In this document: positions 24,740 through 38,455 of the stretch, piece by piece
How the letters are laid out: every line of letters begins with the position of its first letter
How positions within the stretch are numbered: position 1 is the stretch's first letter
Assembly (NCBI RefSeq): GCF_006345805.1
Contig: NC_043015.1
Location: 35,464,001-35,528,000, forward strand
Direction of reading: 5' to 3'
DNA: 64,000 nucleotides
Source of the DNA: Octopus sinensis
Taxonomy: Eukaryota
Position numbers and translations under genes: made by a program
The notes under the pieces: model-generated
What the model saw: the letters and a program-made list of their open reading frames with translations, nothing else
The model's database searches: none
Told to the model about the DNA's origin: nothing

Positions 24740-25742
24740 CAGTACTCGCCCAACCCCAAACATTTTGGCACACTGCCAATAAAATTGCTAAGTTGATGAA
24801 ACTTCCAAAAGCAACAGCTTATCGAGTGTATAAACAATTTAAAGAAAAGGGAAAGATTGATAGAAAAGAACACAAGACTCGAAGTGATTCGATGCGCTAT
24901 CCAAAGTTTCTCGCCGTCTCAAATGCTCGATTGAAACCAACTCATCGACATCCATGACAACACTTGCAAAGCAATGCAACGTATCCCTTTCCACGGTGTC
25001 CAGAGCTGTGAACAGGAACCTTGGCATGGCTAGATATGTTCGACGACGCCGTCGCCGCCTAACAACGAAGGCCAAAGCAATCAAAGCTGAGAGATGCCCA
25101 ATGCTTCTGCTATTCATGAAGCATCAAGGTGCAAGAAAAGACTCCCGTGTTTGTGGACGTAAAGAAAATCACTGTGGACGCTGAGGTGGACCGCAGAAAT
25201 TATCGCTTGACTACATACAACCTTTCTGACGTTCTCCCTGTGTTTGAGACTAAGAATCGCGTCACTGCGATGGTATTTGGAGCCTTGGGTGGAGCAGAAG
25301 TATGGGCTTGACAGTATGGTGCTTATCTAGGATTCTGCACTATGCCATGTGTCAATAGAAACACAGACCTTACTTGGTGAGAAGGTGCCATTTTTTGTGA
25401 GGGTCAACATCTGGCCCAGTAACAGCTTAAATCTCAACCCTCTCGATTACGTTTTATGAGGTATATTTCAAGTAAGGACCAATGCTTCATCACACTCGAG
25501 TGTCAACAGTTTGAAGGCCTGAATCATTTGTGCGACACAAAAAAATCAAAATAGCGGAGGTTAAGGTAGTTTCAAAAAATTTCGTTCTCGTGTGGAGGCA
25601 GTAAGTGCTCCAAAAGTGCGATCATGTTGTGTGATAAATGTTTTCGTTGTAATAAATGTTACATTAGAATTATGTCTGCCTACTACCATTGCTTTAACCA
25701 GACTTATGCGTAGTAAAAATTGTCTCAGTTTATCTGCAAGAA

Positions 25743-25748
<6 letters not shown>
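24740..25748 (+). mobile_element. IS630-Tc1-mariner superfamily transposon relic (DDxD/maT-like), internally deleted
   Basis: HTH KIAKLMKLPKATAYRVYKQF, LAKQCNVSLSTVSRAVNRNLG, VFVDVKKITV, IWPSNSLNLNPLDY; possible 3' TIR ending in TA at about 25720-25748. Confidence 0.85.
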
Positions 25749-25778
<30 letters not shown>

Positions 25779-26130
25779 AAATGTAATCATAACAGACCTG
25801 ATATAATGATCTGGGATAGAGAAGAGAAACTGTACAGTTTTGGAAATTAGGTGCTCAGCGGATGTTAACAGAAAACTGAAGATCAGTGAAAAAGAGAATA
25901 CCTAGGCTTAACTATTCAGAAATCTGCAGTTGCTCTATCCAGATTACAAATTCAGGCTTATACCTGTAATTATTGGGGTCCTGGGATATGTAACACACTG
26001 CCTAAGTACCAATCTTAAGAAATTAGTCTTCTGAAAACCAGAAAGGAGAAAGATAATTCGAAGACTACTGATGTAATCAATCACTGGAACTGCACAATTC
26101 TGTAAAACGTTCCAGAAGTTTATCTTTTAA
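25779..26130 (+). mobile_element. RLE-type non-LTR retrotransposon C-terminal fragment
   Basis: KCNHNRPDIMIWDREEK...EIRCSADVN...LQLLYPDYKFRLIPVIIGVLGYV. Confidence 0.8.
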
Positions 26131-26224
26131 ATATATATAAGTACATCTAGGTATGCGATTATATGCATTAGAATACATACATAAAACATACAAATCTGCA
26201 CACATACATGCATACATACATATC

Positions 26225-26745
26225 TATGAGGCCCGATGTTGTTCCTAAAACAATTTACAATGTCATCCGCAAAAAAGACTGTTGTGAAATAAACTTAGAA
26301 AATCTCTCTGTTATGGAATGCATTCATAAACATCAACTCAAGGAATACTGGTGGAATATTCCCATCAAAATTTTGTCAAATGTAAACATAACAGGCCGGA
26401 TATTGTTGTTTAGGACAGCGGGGCGAAGTTATGTATCATCATAGAAGTCAGCTGCCCTGCAGATATAAATATCTTTTTAAAAAAAAAAAAAAAAATGAAA
26501 GAAAAAGAGGATATCTATAGACAACTGCTTCAAAACCCCCAGCTTCTATATCCAGACTATGAATTTATATGAATACCAATAATAATTGAAGCACTAGGTT
26601 TTGTTAATAAATGCTTAGAGGCGTATCTAGATAAACTTGGATTTTCTGAATGAGAAATCGACTGGCTAATTCGTACATTACAAGTGCAATCTGTGAGTGG
26701 AACAATAAAAAATATGCAAGACTTTCCTCAAGTTCCAAATGTGAA
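26225..26745 (+). mobile_element. RLE-type non-LTR retrotransposon C-terminal fragment, second copy
   Basis: YWWNIPIK..KCKHNRPDIVV*DSGAKLCIIIEVSCPADIN...LLYPDYEF..PIIIEALGFV...SVSGTIKICKTFLKF. Confidence 0.82.
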
Positions 26746-27493
26746 TTCGTCTGTGTTAACTACATCCCAAAGATGGAGCTTTGTATCTTTGTTGGGAACC
26801 GGGTCCCATCTCAGTGGAAGATTTATAATGATTGATAAATAGAAAAGACACAAGCAAACAAAAATACTCGGTTGTCGATGTTGATATTCCAGTGAAGGAA
26901 CGTTGGGTCTGGGTTAGAGACTCTTTTCTATTGGCAAGAAATTTTGAAATAAAACTGAACAATGACATACATACATACATACATACATACATACATACAA
27001 CATACATACATACATACGTACATACATGCATGCATAACGATCACTCATTGAGGCTTAATTTGATTCACACGGTTAAGGAGTTATGCAAAATAACATTACT
27101 CACGATCACAGTCACGCACGTACAACATGCTGCTGCTGCTGCTACTACTACTACTTACTGGTTTTCTGTGGCTGGGAATAGCATTAGAAGCATGCTGCAT
27201 TATTATTGTTGCTCACGTATAGAGGGCGCTAGTATGAAAGTTTTGTTGACATTCGATTCCCATGAACTAAGTTAGTTCTAGAGAATCGATGGACGCTGTC
27301 GCTATTTCTGTCACGTTTCAAAGTTATGTGGAAACAAGACCATAGATGGTAGGTGTTTGTGCACCTCGCTATATGTACATATAAGCATATATGTATTCAT
27401 GTATATATACATACATACATACATACACACATATATATGTGTGTATGAATATATATGTGTGTATGAATATATATATATATATATATGTGTGTA

Positions 27494-27536
<43 letters not shown>

Positions 27537-27537
27537 A

Positions 27538-27589
<52 letters not shown>

Positions 27590-27829
27590 CGTACAAACAC
27601 GCGCGTGTGATGTGCGTGCGAGTGTAGGAGAGCAGCCCAAAGAAAATCGCCCTCAAACGCTTAAGTAGGAGCCCAATGTCTTTAATAACCGGTTGAATCC
27701 ACATTCCATGAAGATAGGAGCAGATACGTGCCGACATTTTCAAATATACAAATATCTTCCTGTCATCTATCTATCTTTATGTATTAAGTATATACTTATG
27801 TACGAATGATATTTCTGCATGTAAATGCA

Positions 27830-28933
27830 CACACACACACACACTACATAATGTATGTATGTATATCTATCTATCTATCTATCTATATATATATATAACA
27901 GGAAGGTTTACGAAAATAAACAAAAGACGAAGGCAAGTGGAGTACAAACAAACAAATGTATTAGTATGGCGCTCATGAATAGAAATAGAACAAGTCTTTA
28001 CGTTTCAAGGCTACGTTCTTCGACAGAAAGATATACAGAAAAGAAACAAGAAGAGAAAAAAATGCGTGTAGGAGTTAACGCTTCAGGCCTCAGACTGTGG
28101 CAATACCGCCAATGCAGTCCCCTCTTCAATGGCCAATCTGACTGGCTTTTGGTGAAAAAGTGAGTTTGACATTGCAGCCCTTTTTTGATAATATTGGTGG
28201 AATATTTCCCACATGGCGCAAATAATGTTTCGCTCAGCGTTGCAGAGAATAGAGCTTCAGCTGTTTAAGTCGAGCCCAATAATCAAATCGCATCATGCCA
28301 TTCATTCATTTATTTTTTTTGTGATTGATCTTTGTGGCGCTTCGATCTTCATTATGTCTTTTTTTTTTTTTTGTAGGGGATACACACACACCACACACAC
28401 TACATAATGTATGTATGTATATCTATCTATCTATCTATCTATATATATATATAACAGGAAGGTTTACGAAAATAAACAAAAGACGAAGGCAAGTGGAGTA
28501 CAAACAAACAAATGTATTAGTATGGCGCTCATGAATAGAAATAGAACAAGTCTTTACGTTTCAAGGCTACGTTCTTCGACAGAAAGATATACAGAAAAGA
28601 AACAAGAAGAGAAAAAATGCGTGTAGGAGTTAACGCTTCAGGCCTCAGACTGTGGCAATACCGCCAATGCAGTCCCCTCTTCAATGGCCAATCTGACTGG
28701 CTTTTGGTGAAAAAGTGAGTTTGACATTGCAGCCCTTTTTGATAATATTGGTGGAATATTTCCCACATGGCGCAAATAATGTTTCGCTCAGCGTTGCAGA
28801 GAATAGAGCTTCAGCTGTTTAAGTCGAGCCCAATAATCAAATCGCATCATGCCATTCATTCATTTATTTTTTTTGTGATTGATCTTTGTGGCGCTTCGAT
28901 CTTCATTATGTCTTTTTTTTTTTTTTGTAGGGG

Positions 28934-28945
<12 letters not shown>
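27830..28945. repeat. Direct tandem duplication of about 555 bp bounded by (CA)n
   Basis: cactacataatg at 27842 and 28398; identical ORF translations offset by 556 and 554 nt. Confidence 0.95.
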
Positions 28946-28968
<23 letters not shown>

Positions 28969-29007
28969 CTCTCTCACTAGAGTTTAGGAATGGAGTAGAT
29001 AAGATAG

Positions 29008-29091
29008 GGCTATGTATGTTTCATAGCGAGCGGAACCTCAGAAGTGTTAAATATCCGAGCGAGGTGTATACCCCAAGTTACTCGTCAGGCC
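29008..29091 (-). ncRNA. Decayed type I hammerhead motif with long helix II loop
   Basis: Reverse complement GGC CTGACGA GTAAC (49 nt) GCTAT GAAAC ATAC ATA GCC; mismatches in helices II and III. Confidence 0.4.
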
Positions 29092-29355
29092 AGGGGTATC
29101 TTGACTAAATGAATGATTATGAAACATATGAAACATTCCTTAACCCTTGTATTCTTATTCCTATACCCGGCAACCCTGTTCGCCTGCCGTGAAATATAAA
29201 AGGATTTCTCTCCTCAGTTTATCGTACTTCAATACGAAAAAAATCCACAACTTTCCGTTTCAATAAAGCACTTTTCTCCTTGAAAGTAGTATTTTTATAT
29301 TTCCTGCCAATTGCTTGAAGCTAATTTTCTCCCCACACCTCGATCCTTGGATCTG

Positions 29356-29386
<31 letters not shown>

Positions 29387-29859
29387 ATGTATGTATATGC
29401 GCATATATATTTATACACACACACACATATACATAGGTGTATATTTTCATACACACATAGATATATATTTTATATATATATATATATATACAGTGATAGA
29501 GTGAGATATCAAAGTAGTTTGATGGGCACCTAGACACAACCACAGAGTCGTAGAAAGAGATACCAGCTACAAGCTATACACACTTACGTTTTACTACTAC
29601 GTATGTAATTTCTGTGCACCTTGACAACATAATCATGAGGTTATTATAATATAGTTCTGTACTGCATAGACACCGCCACACATTCACCGACACGGAACCA
29701 ATAACACACACCCATATACCTACAAATCATATACATTTATACACACACAGTATTCGCACACGTATTCGTATTTGCAATATATATACTAATTATATTTACG
29801 TACATTAATATAAACTCATATTTTCTGGTACAAATACGTTTGTTGAAGCGAATATACAT

Positions 29860-29869
29860 GCATACATAT

Positions 29870-29908
<39 letters not shown>

Positions 29909-30005
29909 TATACGTGTGTGTGTGTGTTTGTATACAAATGTGGATACATATAAATACATGTATATATATACACGTATGTATGTATATATATATATAATAT
30001 GCATA

Positions 30006-30043
<38 letters not shown>

Positions 30044-30127
30044 GCATATCTGTATATATATATATATATATATATGCATATCTGTATATATATATATATA
30101 TATATATGCATATCTGTATATATATAT

Positions 30128-30158
<31 letters not shown>

Positions 30159-30334
30159 GCATATCTGTATATATATATTATATATATATATATATTATAT
30201 ATATATATAATATATATATATATGTGTGTGTATATATGTATATGTATCTATCTATCTATATATATATATATCTGCGTATATATTTAGATGGACAAACGCA
30301 TACACGTATATATATGTACACACACACACACACA

Positions 30335-30413
<79 letters not shown>

Positions 30414-30500
30414 TATATATATATATTATATATACACACACATATATATATATATATACACACACATATATATATATACACACATATATAACCATGTATA
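29860..30500. repeat. Compound (AT)n/(CA)n microsatellite field; one of many AT, GT, ATAC, ATAG and AAT tracts across the window
   Basis: Directly visible. Confidence 0.95.
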
Positions 30501-32193
30501 TATACATATGGGGGTATAAATCTATGCGCATACATCCACGCTTACATATTACCAATCACATCTTGAAACAGACTGACACACAGACAGACATATACTTACC
30601 TACTTATATACTGATATACACCTATACACACACATATTTGGCAATGAATACATCCATAATTTACAAGGAAATGGAGAAAGAATATCTAGACAGCATGATG
30701 ACATGCTTGCAGCAGCAAAACCCACCATTTTCTTTTGGAATATTCTATTAGTGAAGGAAACACGACTGTAAACCGTGTAGAAATAGATTTAAGCAGATTT
30801 GTTCCGCCGATATATATATATATATACACCTCTGCAATAATCTGATAGCAAACGATGTAATTTTCCCTCTGCTATTGGCAAAATACAACGAGAAACATAA
30901 CCATTAAAGCGATTTTATGATTTTGTGTTGCTTGCCGATCTTGTCAATTGTTAAATTCTATTCTTAGTGTTATCTTGGTGTCTTTGTCCCCGTCTTTCCT
31001 TTCTTCTAATATCACAGTCCTGCCACTCAACCAGGGTAGATTGAGCGATAGTTCAGAGTTGAGACTCACTTCACCACCACAGCCACCACCAAAAAACATT
31101 TTCGTTGGCGTATAATTATCTGTTGGAGTAGCTCTAATGTGGAGATTAACAAACCGTACTTTGTATTTGGATACATAAATGACGTTTTCCGTAGATGCCA
31201 GAAAGGATAAGATGTGCATTAACTGTGGATGCTTTAAGTGGTTTGTGTCTTGTTCCCGGCAAGCAAGTATATCCACGTTCGAATACAACAGAGCCTCATA
31301 ATTGTACCGTTTTGTATAACAATGCTGTACGTCCGAACATCATAGAATACGAAGAAAAGCAATTTCAGATTCAGCATCGGTTCTGTAACCTCCTCTACTA
31401 TGGCTGAATCTTCAATGATACTGTGCACGACTTATGACTTGTTTCGGTATTATTAATACTTTTTAGAGGTTGGTGGGCTGGTAGATTTGTTTTTGGAAAA
31501 AAAGAAAGCGACTTGCCACATTTGTTTAGGGTTTTAAGTTTAAATTCAAATCTGCGTCAATTCTTTACTTGATTCATCGTGTACCTTCTCAAGATGCCAG
31601 GCAGTGGATTCCAATACATAGAATCTTTTGAGTGTAATTTCGGATTATATTCTGAGAACAGATTAAATTATCCAGATATATACATGCTATTAGAGTATAC
31701 TTTCAAAGATATAATGCCATAATGAGTATAAAATTCTGTTGTGTAAGACAGCAACTACATCCCGAGATGTTAAACCTTAAAGGGTCACATGTTCTAGTGA
31801 AGCACACCTCATCCAATACAACGCCATATTGCAGTCATTTGCAGATGATATATTCGACTGTGTATGAAATAACAATGTGATCGGTGCTTATTACTGACAC
31901 AAAGAAGGTCTAAAGGTTGAATATTAACGCGTTACTTGTCAAATGCTTTGTTAACCACTTGCCATTGGAGAATAGTAATGTTTGGATAAGATGAAGGACA
32001 CTTAGACAGGCCCATACGCATGCGCACACACATACGCACACATATACACATACCTGGACACACAGAGACGGGTACATGTACACACAGAGACACATGCACT
32101 TAATTTCGTTTGTATATCCGAGGGGAGAAAAACGTGCTTTACTTTTCCCTACGCAACCCAGGATTGTTATATCTATCTGTCTATGTATCTATC

Positions 32194-32241
<48 letters not shown>

Positions 32242-32369
32242 CGAAAGGAAGAGAAAGAGATACAAATATAGGCATAGTCATGCATACACATTCATAGATG
32301 CACAACACACATACGCTTCTTAGCCAATCGATGATTTTATATAGAGTTGTTCGACTTCCTAATAGTTCT

Positions 32370-32570
32370 TTTTATCAACTCTAGGCACGAAGCATGAAAT
32401 TAGTGGGGAGGAGCCGAGTGGATAGCATCAATCCCAATGCTCAAATGGTACCCATTTTACCAAACCGACTTCGGCGGAATTCGAACAAAGACTGTAACGC
32501 TGGAAGAAATACCACTAAGCATTTTGGCCGACGTGCTATCGATTCTGCCAGCTCGCCGGTTTAATTCGAG
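32370..32570 (-). mobile_element. SINE family C copy
   Basis: cgacttcggcggaattcgaac...ccactaagcattttggccgacgtgctatcgattctgccagctcgcc. Confidence 0.7.
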
Positions 32571-34312
32571 CTCCCAATCATAGCCACCAAATATCCCGCA
32601 AATATGTCCACTCTGCCGTCTTAAAAATTTGAAGGACATTGGATAACGTTGTCTCTGCTACACTAGTCTTAAAGATTTCGTTGTATGGATAGATTTCCTT
32701 TGATCCTAAATATTTAAAACGGGACAGATTAGGGTAAAACGGCAATAAACACAAGAAAAACAACTACACTTATATTTCTGAGCCAATGAGGGAAGCACTG
32801 TCTCAAAGTAGACAGACAGCTCTTATGGGAAGAAGGAAATATATATGGGTTCTGAGACGAGGAGGGTTTAATAAAGAAGGAGGACCAACTGTGTTATGCT
32901 CCTTTGTGTCAATACCCACTTTGCTATTCATATCTTACGAAACCAATGAAATTAGTAGGAAGGTTGATATAATCGACTGAGACACGTTAAAGATTGTGCT
33001 GAAGCATTGTCGCAGAGAACTGCAGGAAACCAGTAAAAGAAGAAAAAATTCAAGAGTTGACAATTCTTGATTTTTACTGTTAGATCTGAAAAGAATCCAT
33101 CCGTGACTGAGCTTTTGGAAATATAAATAATAACGCCATAAAAATTATGTGGCTAAAACGAAAAACAAGCTATTTACTCAATGATTATAGTTTTCGGTAA
33201 GATTAAACAATTCCTGAAATCATGGAAAAGATAAGCTTGTATATTTATTGGACTGTAAAAACAGATATTTAGAAGAAAAGGAAAGAAGACACCAACTCGG
33301 AGTCTATGTCACTGTGGCGATGTTGGTTGTATGTGTATGTATGAGGGGAGGGTCAACTCGGATGTCATTGGTTGAGTATCCCTCCTCGGTAGCTGCATAA
33401 CTACAATTTAGTCTGATTGAACTAATTCAGTTGTCCGAGCTGTCTGGCTGTTATGCAAAGCTGTCAAACTGTGCATGTATGTAACTACAGGCATATCTCA
33501 ACTTACGTCTTTTTTCGAATTGACGTCAGTTCCCATTTTTAAAGAGATTAATGGAAAACAGCCCCGAGATCATCCGATTTATTCGACGTTACATTGGCCC
33601 CAGCGAACATACTTAAAAGCCTAAAAATTAATAGAAAACCTTAAAACCAATACTGAATCGGAAAATCATGTGATTATGAGGTATGCATGTTAATATAGCA
33701 ACCGAGAAACCAGTTTTTGTGACAAATCAAATTATTTCAGCCGTTTAGTAAATACATTTGCGTGGGTTGCTTTCACGCTTCCATATTATGAAATTTAACG
33801 ACACTCTCAGGAATGATTTACGACAACGAGGTAGACTTTTAAATTTCTTGTTGGAGTCGGATGGAAAGAATCTTAAGTAAATATACAAAGTTGCGATAGA
33901 GGACACGATGTGGAGAAGAGAAAGACTTCTTCGAGTAATTTGATATCACAATATCAGATCGCTTTACACATTTCAGTCTTGGCCTTCGTTTAAATTTTTT
34001 TAAGTGGCTTCATAAATAACAATTAATCGTTGATTTCTTGCGAGGTGATAATGTGTTTTTTCAAGTCGGGAATATCAAGAGAAACTATAACAAACACTTG
34101 ATATCTCTGCAAACACCAAACTTAAACATCTTCTGTAAATTTAATTACGAAGACTCCACCTCCACACTGTGATAATTATGATGATTGAAGAGCATCTATA
34201 TATACATACATTCACAAATGACTATATGCATATATATATACACACAAAGTATTTACTTATATATATATAAATAGATAGATACACATTCACACCTAAATAT
34301 CTACACATACAA

Positions 34313-34361
<49 letters not shown>

Positions 34362-35028
34362 ATATATATATATCTATATATATATATATATAAATAGATA
34401 CATAGATAGATAGATAGATACACATTCATACCTAAATATCTACACATACAAGTATATATATATATATACGTGCATGTATGTGTATAGATATGCTTATGTT
34501 TATCTATGGTTATGTACGCATATCTACATATGTATCTATACACATTGATGCACATAAGCACGTGCATATATAAAAATATAACGATGTCCAAAAGAATGTC
34601 AAATACTGTATATATGTATGCATATATTTCTATGTCAATATATATGTATGTGTGTATGTATATATCTTCTACTTCTGATTAATTCAGTGTTCTTTATTTA
34701 TTAATATAGTTTTAGTGATGAAGTAAACAACGTTTCACCACAAACCATTAGTAAACATTAGCGATAATTTGAAATTATCTACCATGAAATAGACATTTTC
34801 TTAATAAATAACATGGGCTACCTTTTACCTCCTATTACAGCATGTGTATGCGTGTGTATATATATATATATCAATAGAAATATGCACATACGTTCGGCCA
34901 CACACACACTTAAACATAAATGTATAATATATAGATATATACGCACAAATATATATATATATATATATATATGCAGGCAGGTATACATACACATACATAC
35001 ATATATATTTATATGAGAGAGAGAGTGT

Positions 35029-35081
<53 letters not shown>

Positions 35082-35396
35082 TATATATAATGCTATAGCA
35101 ATGTTAGTATGTAAAATATTTGTTACTGTTCTATGCTGCACATTTCAGTGTAAAAGTGTAAAATAGCGAGATTTCAGGAGATACATATGCATATATACAC
35201 GTACCTACAGGTATGCTTACACCCTGTATGTTTGTGAGTGAGTGGTTGTGTTTGCGTGTCTGATGTGGACGAGTTGAAAATTGTGTTAGTGTGTATTTAA
35301 TGTACTGTATGAATATCCGCGTTTTCTGTGTTTGCACACATGTATAATATATATGTGTGTGTATACATGTGTATATGTGTGTGCGTGTGTGTAAGT

Positions 35397-35428
<32 letters not shown>

Positions 35429-36019
35429 AGATGCATATAAGTACACACACACACACTTACCATTGTACTTTACTTTTAATGTGTTCAAACTTAATAGATT
35501 TGTTAAATAGCTGCAGCCCAACGCCCCACCCTGCCAGGCCCACCACCAACTAGTTGTATCAGAACAACCATGAAAAGCGCTAAAATATTCATAGAGAGAG
35601 AAGGAGAGAGAAAGAGAAGGAGGGAGGGAGAAGGAAAGAGAAGGAGTGGTGGTGGTGGGGGTTGTAAAAAAACAATAAATAACCAGTAAAATATTCATAT
35701 AAAACAACAGGAAACAATAATGATACAGTGACAAGGAGAATAACTCTGGCTAAGAAAGGGTAATTTATCTGGAAGTTTATTGATTGTGTGTTGTGCCTCT
35801 CTTGTGATTTCGGCAGAACACTTTAATCAGAGATGGTCGTTTACAGTAAATAGAAAAATAAAATAGAAATAAAGAGACAATATATATAAAAAAAATGTCC
35901 ATCAGGGATATTATGAAGAGATGGCTCTATTTTACTTGTTTGTTTTGGTTGTTTGCTTGTTTTATTTTTTGTTTGTTTTCTTTCTCGTGGTATATTTGTC
36001 GGAAATAAGGGTGACGTGT

Positions 36020-36490
36020 TGAAGGTCGATGGTGATCGTGATGTAGATGACGATGATGGTGATGATGTTGTTGTTGGTTCTGGTGACGGCGGTGGGGGGG
36101 GGTGTTAACTGAGTGTTTCTGGTGATGATAACGTTGATGGTAAGTGGCGGCGGCGGCGGCGGCGGTGGTGGTGGTGGTGGTGATGATGCTGATTGCAAAG
36201 ACAACGATGACGACGACAATGATACTTGTTGTTGTTATTCATGATGATGAAGAGGAGGAAGAAGAAAGTGATGGTGATCATGATTATAGTAATGATCGTC
36301 CTGCCGATGCTGCTACAGCTGAAAACAACGATAATTATGACGATGATGATAATGATGAAGGCGGTGGTGGTGATATGGTGACGATGACGATAATGATGAT
36401 GGTGCTGATGAGGACGATGGCCTTGATGACGATGTCGAAGATAATGATAACGATAATTATCATGTTGACGGTGTTGTTGTCGTTATTGCA
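36020..36490. repeat. Mixed GAT/GGT/GGC trinucleotide low-complexity tract
   Basis: Directly visible; yields homopolymeric ORFs on both strands. Confidence 0.9.
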
Positions 36491-36854
36491 GCTTCCCTAT
36501 CGGTCAATCTCATTTGCATAAACTCGTTTACAGCTCCTCTTTCTCAGCACCAATGTTATAACTGATCCTCCGAATTCCCTCAGATAGAATCGTGATCACT
36601 CGAACCTATAACCAAAGATATTCCGGATGTGACCACTCTGTTTTTTTTTGGGGGGGGGGATTGAGTAGAACTGTATTACCCAATCTATGCCGTCCTTGTT
36701 TATGATAGCATTTTGTGATTTGATGTAGGTTTGGGGATTTGGAATATTTTATAATAGATTCTAAATTAGATATGTTAGGGAATAAATGATTAATCATTAA
36801 GGAAAGACCACGATCACGAGTATAAGCGCCCGAAATCGGGTTCCTCCGAAGAAT

Positions 36855-37200
36855 TTCTAGAGTAACGTTACTCGACAAGGCGCATAGCTCGGAGATCAAG
36901 GAAACTCTCCAGATCGAGACACGACTTCTCTGCATCAAAAGGTCACAGTTACGGTACTATGGGCATATGATTAGACTGTCGCAGGAAAGAATCACAAGAC
37001 GAATTCTTCAAACCGAACCAATTGTCAGGAAAACTAAAGGTGGACCAAGAACATAATTTCAGTTGGCCACGTTTGGAAATCCTGCGGAAAGTGTGATGAC
37101 GGCTGCTTTTCGTAGGACTCTATGGAAAAGTTGCTCGAACCGTAATCCCACGACACGTCCAGATGAAGAAAGTGAATAGAATGGATGATTAGATGGCTAA
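36855..37200 (+). mobile_element. RTE-clade LINE C-terminal fragment
   Basis: VTLLDKAHSSEIKETLQIETRLLCIKRSQLRYYGHMIRLSQERITRRILQTEPIVRKTKGGPRT. Confidence 0.8.
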
Positions 37201-37873
37201 TGATTTGTAAGAAGTTGTTTGCGAAAAAGAAAATACACGTTTGTTTGTCCATGACGTTTTACAAAGTCTTCAATCAAGAAAGAAATGCAGAGAGTTATCC
37301 TCAAATCGGAGACCTGATCCGAGGGCTTGCAACACAGTAGGTTCCTCTTCTGAAGGCAATCAAAGTATGTAGTTATGTAAGAACAGGCAATGGATGAAAT
37401 CCACGAACCGAGTGATTGATTTAAAATAAGGTCGGAGAAATTTCTATTATTGAACCAATCGTTGAGAACTTATTGAACTCCATCTTGTATATTTCTAAAC
37501 TAGAATTCAAAAGTATAATAAACGAAAAGTTCTTTGATTTAGAAGTGATAATTCCTTCATTCTTTTATGTCATTGCAACTTTTTAATTATTTCTTTATAG
37601 AAATGGCATGAAAATACTTGACGAAATTGATAAGAACAATGAAAATTCAGTCATGTCATATTAATATAGACGGAGTATTTAATACAAAATATGGATTTGG
37701 TAAACACTCATTGATATTGCATAAATATGTGGCTGGTAATTAATGAGCTTTGGCCTTAAATTACCGGCGCTATTTAGTTCGCTCACAATTCACCTCAATG
37801 CGAAAATTCGTTTCATGTGTTTATCGATTGCTTGGCTACCCACATTGACCTCCAGCCCCCTAGTCTAAACATA

Positions 37874-37937
37874 CATTAATACCTGATCGTCATGTGGACT
37901 CCGGAAATTGAGTCCCCGTGACGATCACACGTTAATG
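37874..37937. ncRNA. Pre-miRNA-like hairpin (candidate)
   Basis: 28-nt arms pairing without bulges (22 WC, 2 GU, 4 mismatches on +), 8-nt loop, in non-repeat context. Confidence 0.35.
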
Positions 37938-38254
37938 CTGTTCTTCCATGTGAAATTTCATTTCAATTATGTTTCGTAAATAATAGTTAATACCGCATCG
38001 TTATTTGACTGGAAATTAGCGAGTTTTAGCTTTAAATTCCAAAGCTCTTTCAGATTTAGTTCGCTAATCATTCCTTACCTTTAATGTTTAAATTCGACCC
38101 ATTGGATTGCTCCACTGACCCATACTGACCATTCGTACCAACTCCTGTTCTACAAGAGAAGAAGCAACTTTCGCCGGAAATAGAGGCTACGCGATGATAA
38201 AATTTTAGGAGGAGCTTAGGGACAGTTACTGCCCTACCATTGTAAATATTAGCC

Positions 38255-38455
38255 TCAAATTTTGGTACAATTCCAGCAATTTCAGAGAAGGCGACTCAAT
38301 TGATGACATCAATCTCAGTGCTCAACCGGTACTTATTTTATGGACCTCGAAAGAGATGCAAAGTCGACCTCAGTGGAATTTGAACTTAGAACATAAGGAC
38401 GAAATGCCGTTAAACATTTCACCCGGCGTACTAACGGTTCCGGCAGCTCGTCGCT
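38255..38455 (-). mobile_element. SINE family C copy
   Basis: ggtacttattttatggacctcgaaagagatgcaaagtcgacctcagtggaatttgaacttagaac...ggcagctcgtcgc. Confidence 0.7.

Noticed and set aside
30944-31428. Minus-strand ORFs with a faint PLE-RT-like QNGTIM motif
   Set aside because: No catalytic DD motif found; similarity too weak
33521-33528. TGACGTCA CRE site as a promoter element
   Set aside because: A single 8-mer without independent promoter evidence
36144-36521. 125-aa acidic low-complexity ORF as an exon
   Set aside because: Derived from mixed trinucleotide repeats; no recognisable domain or splice support
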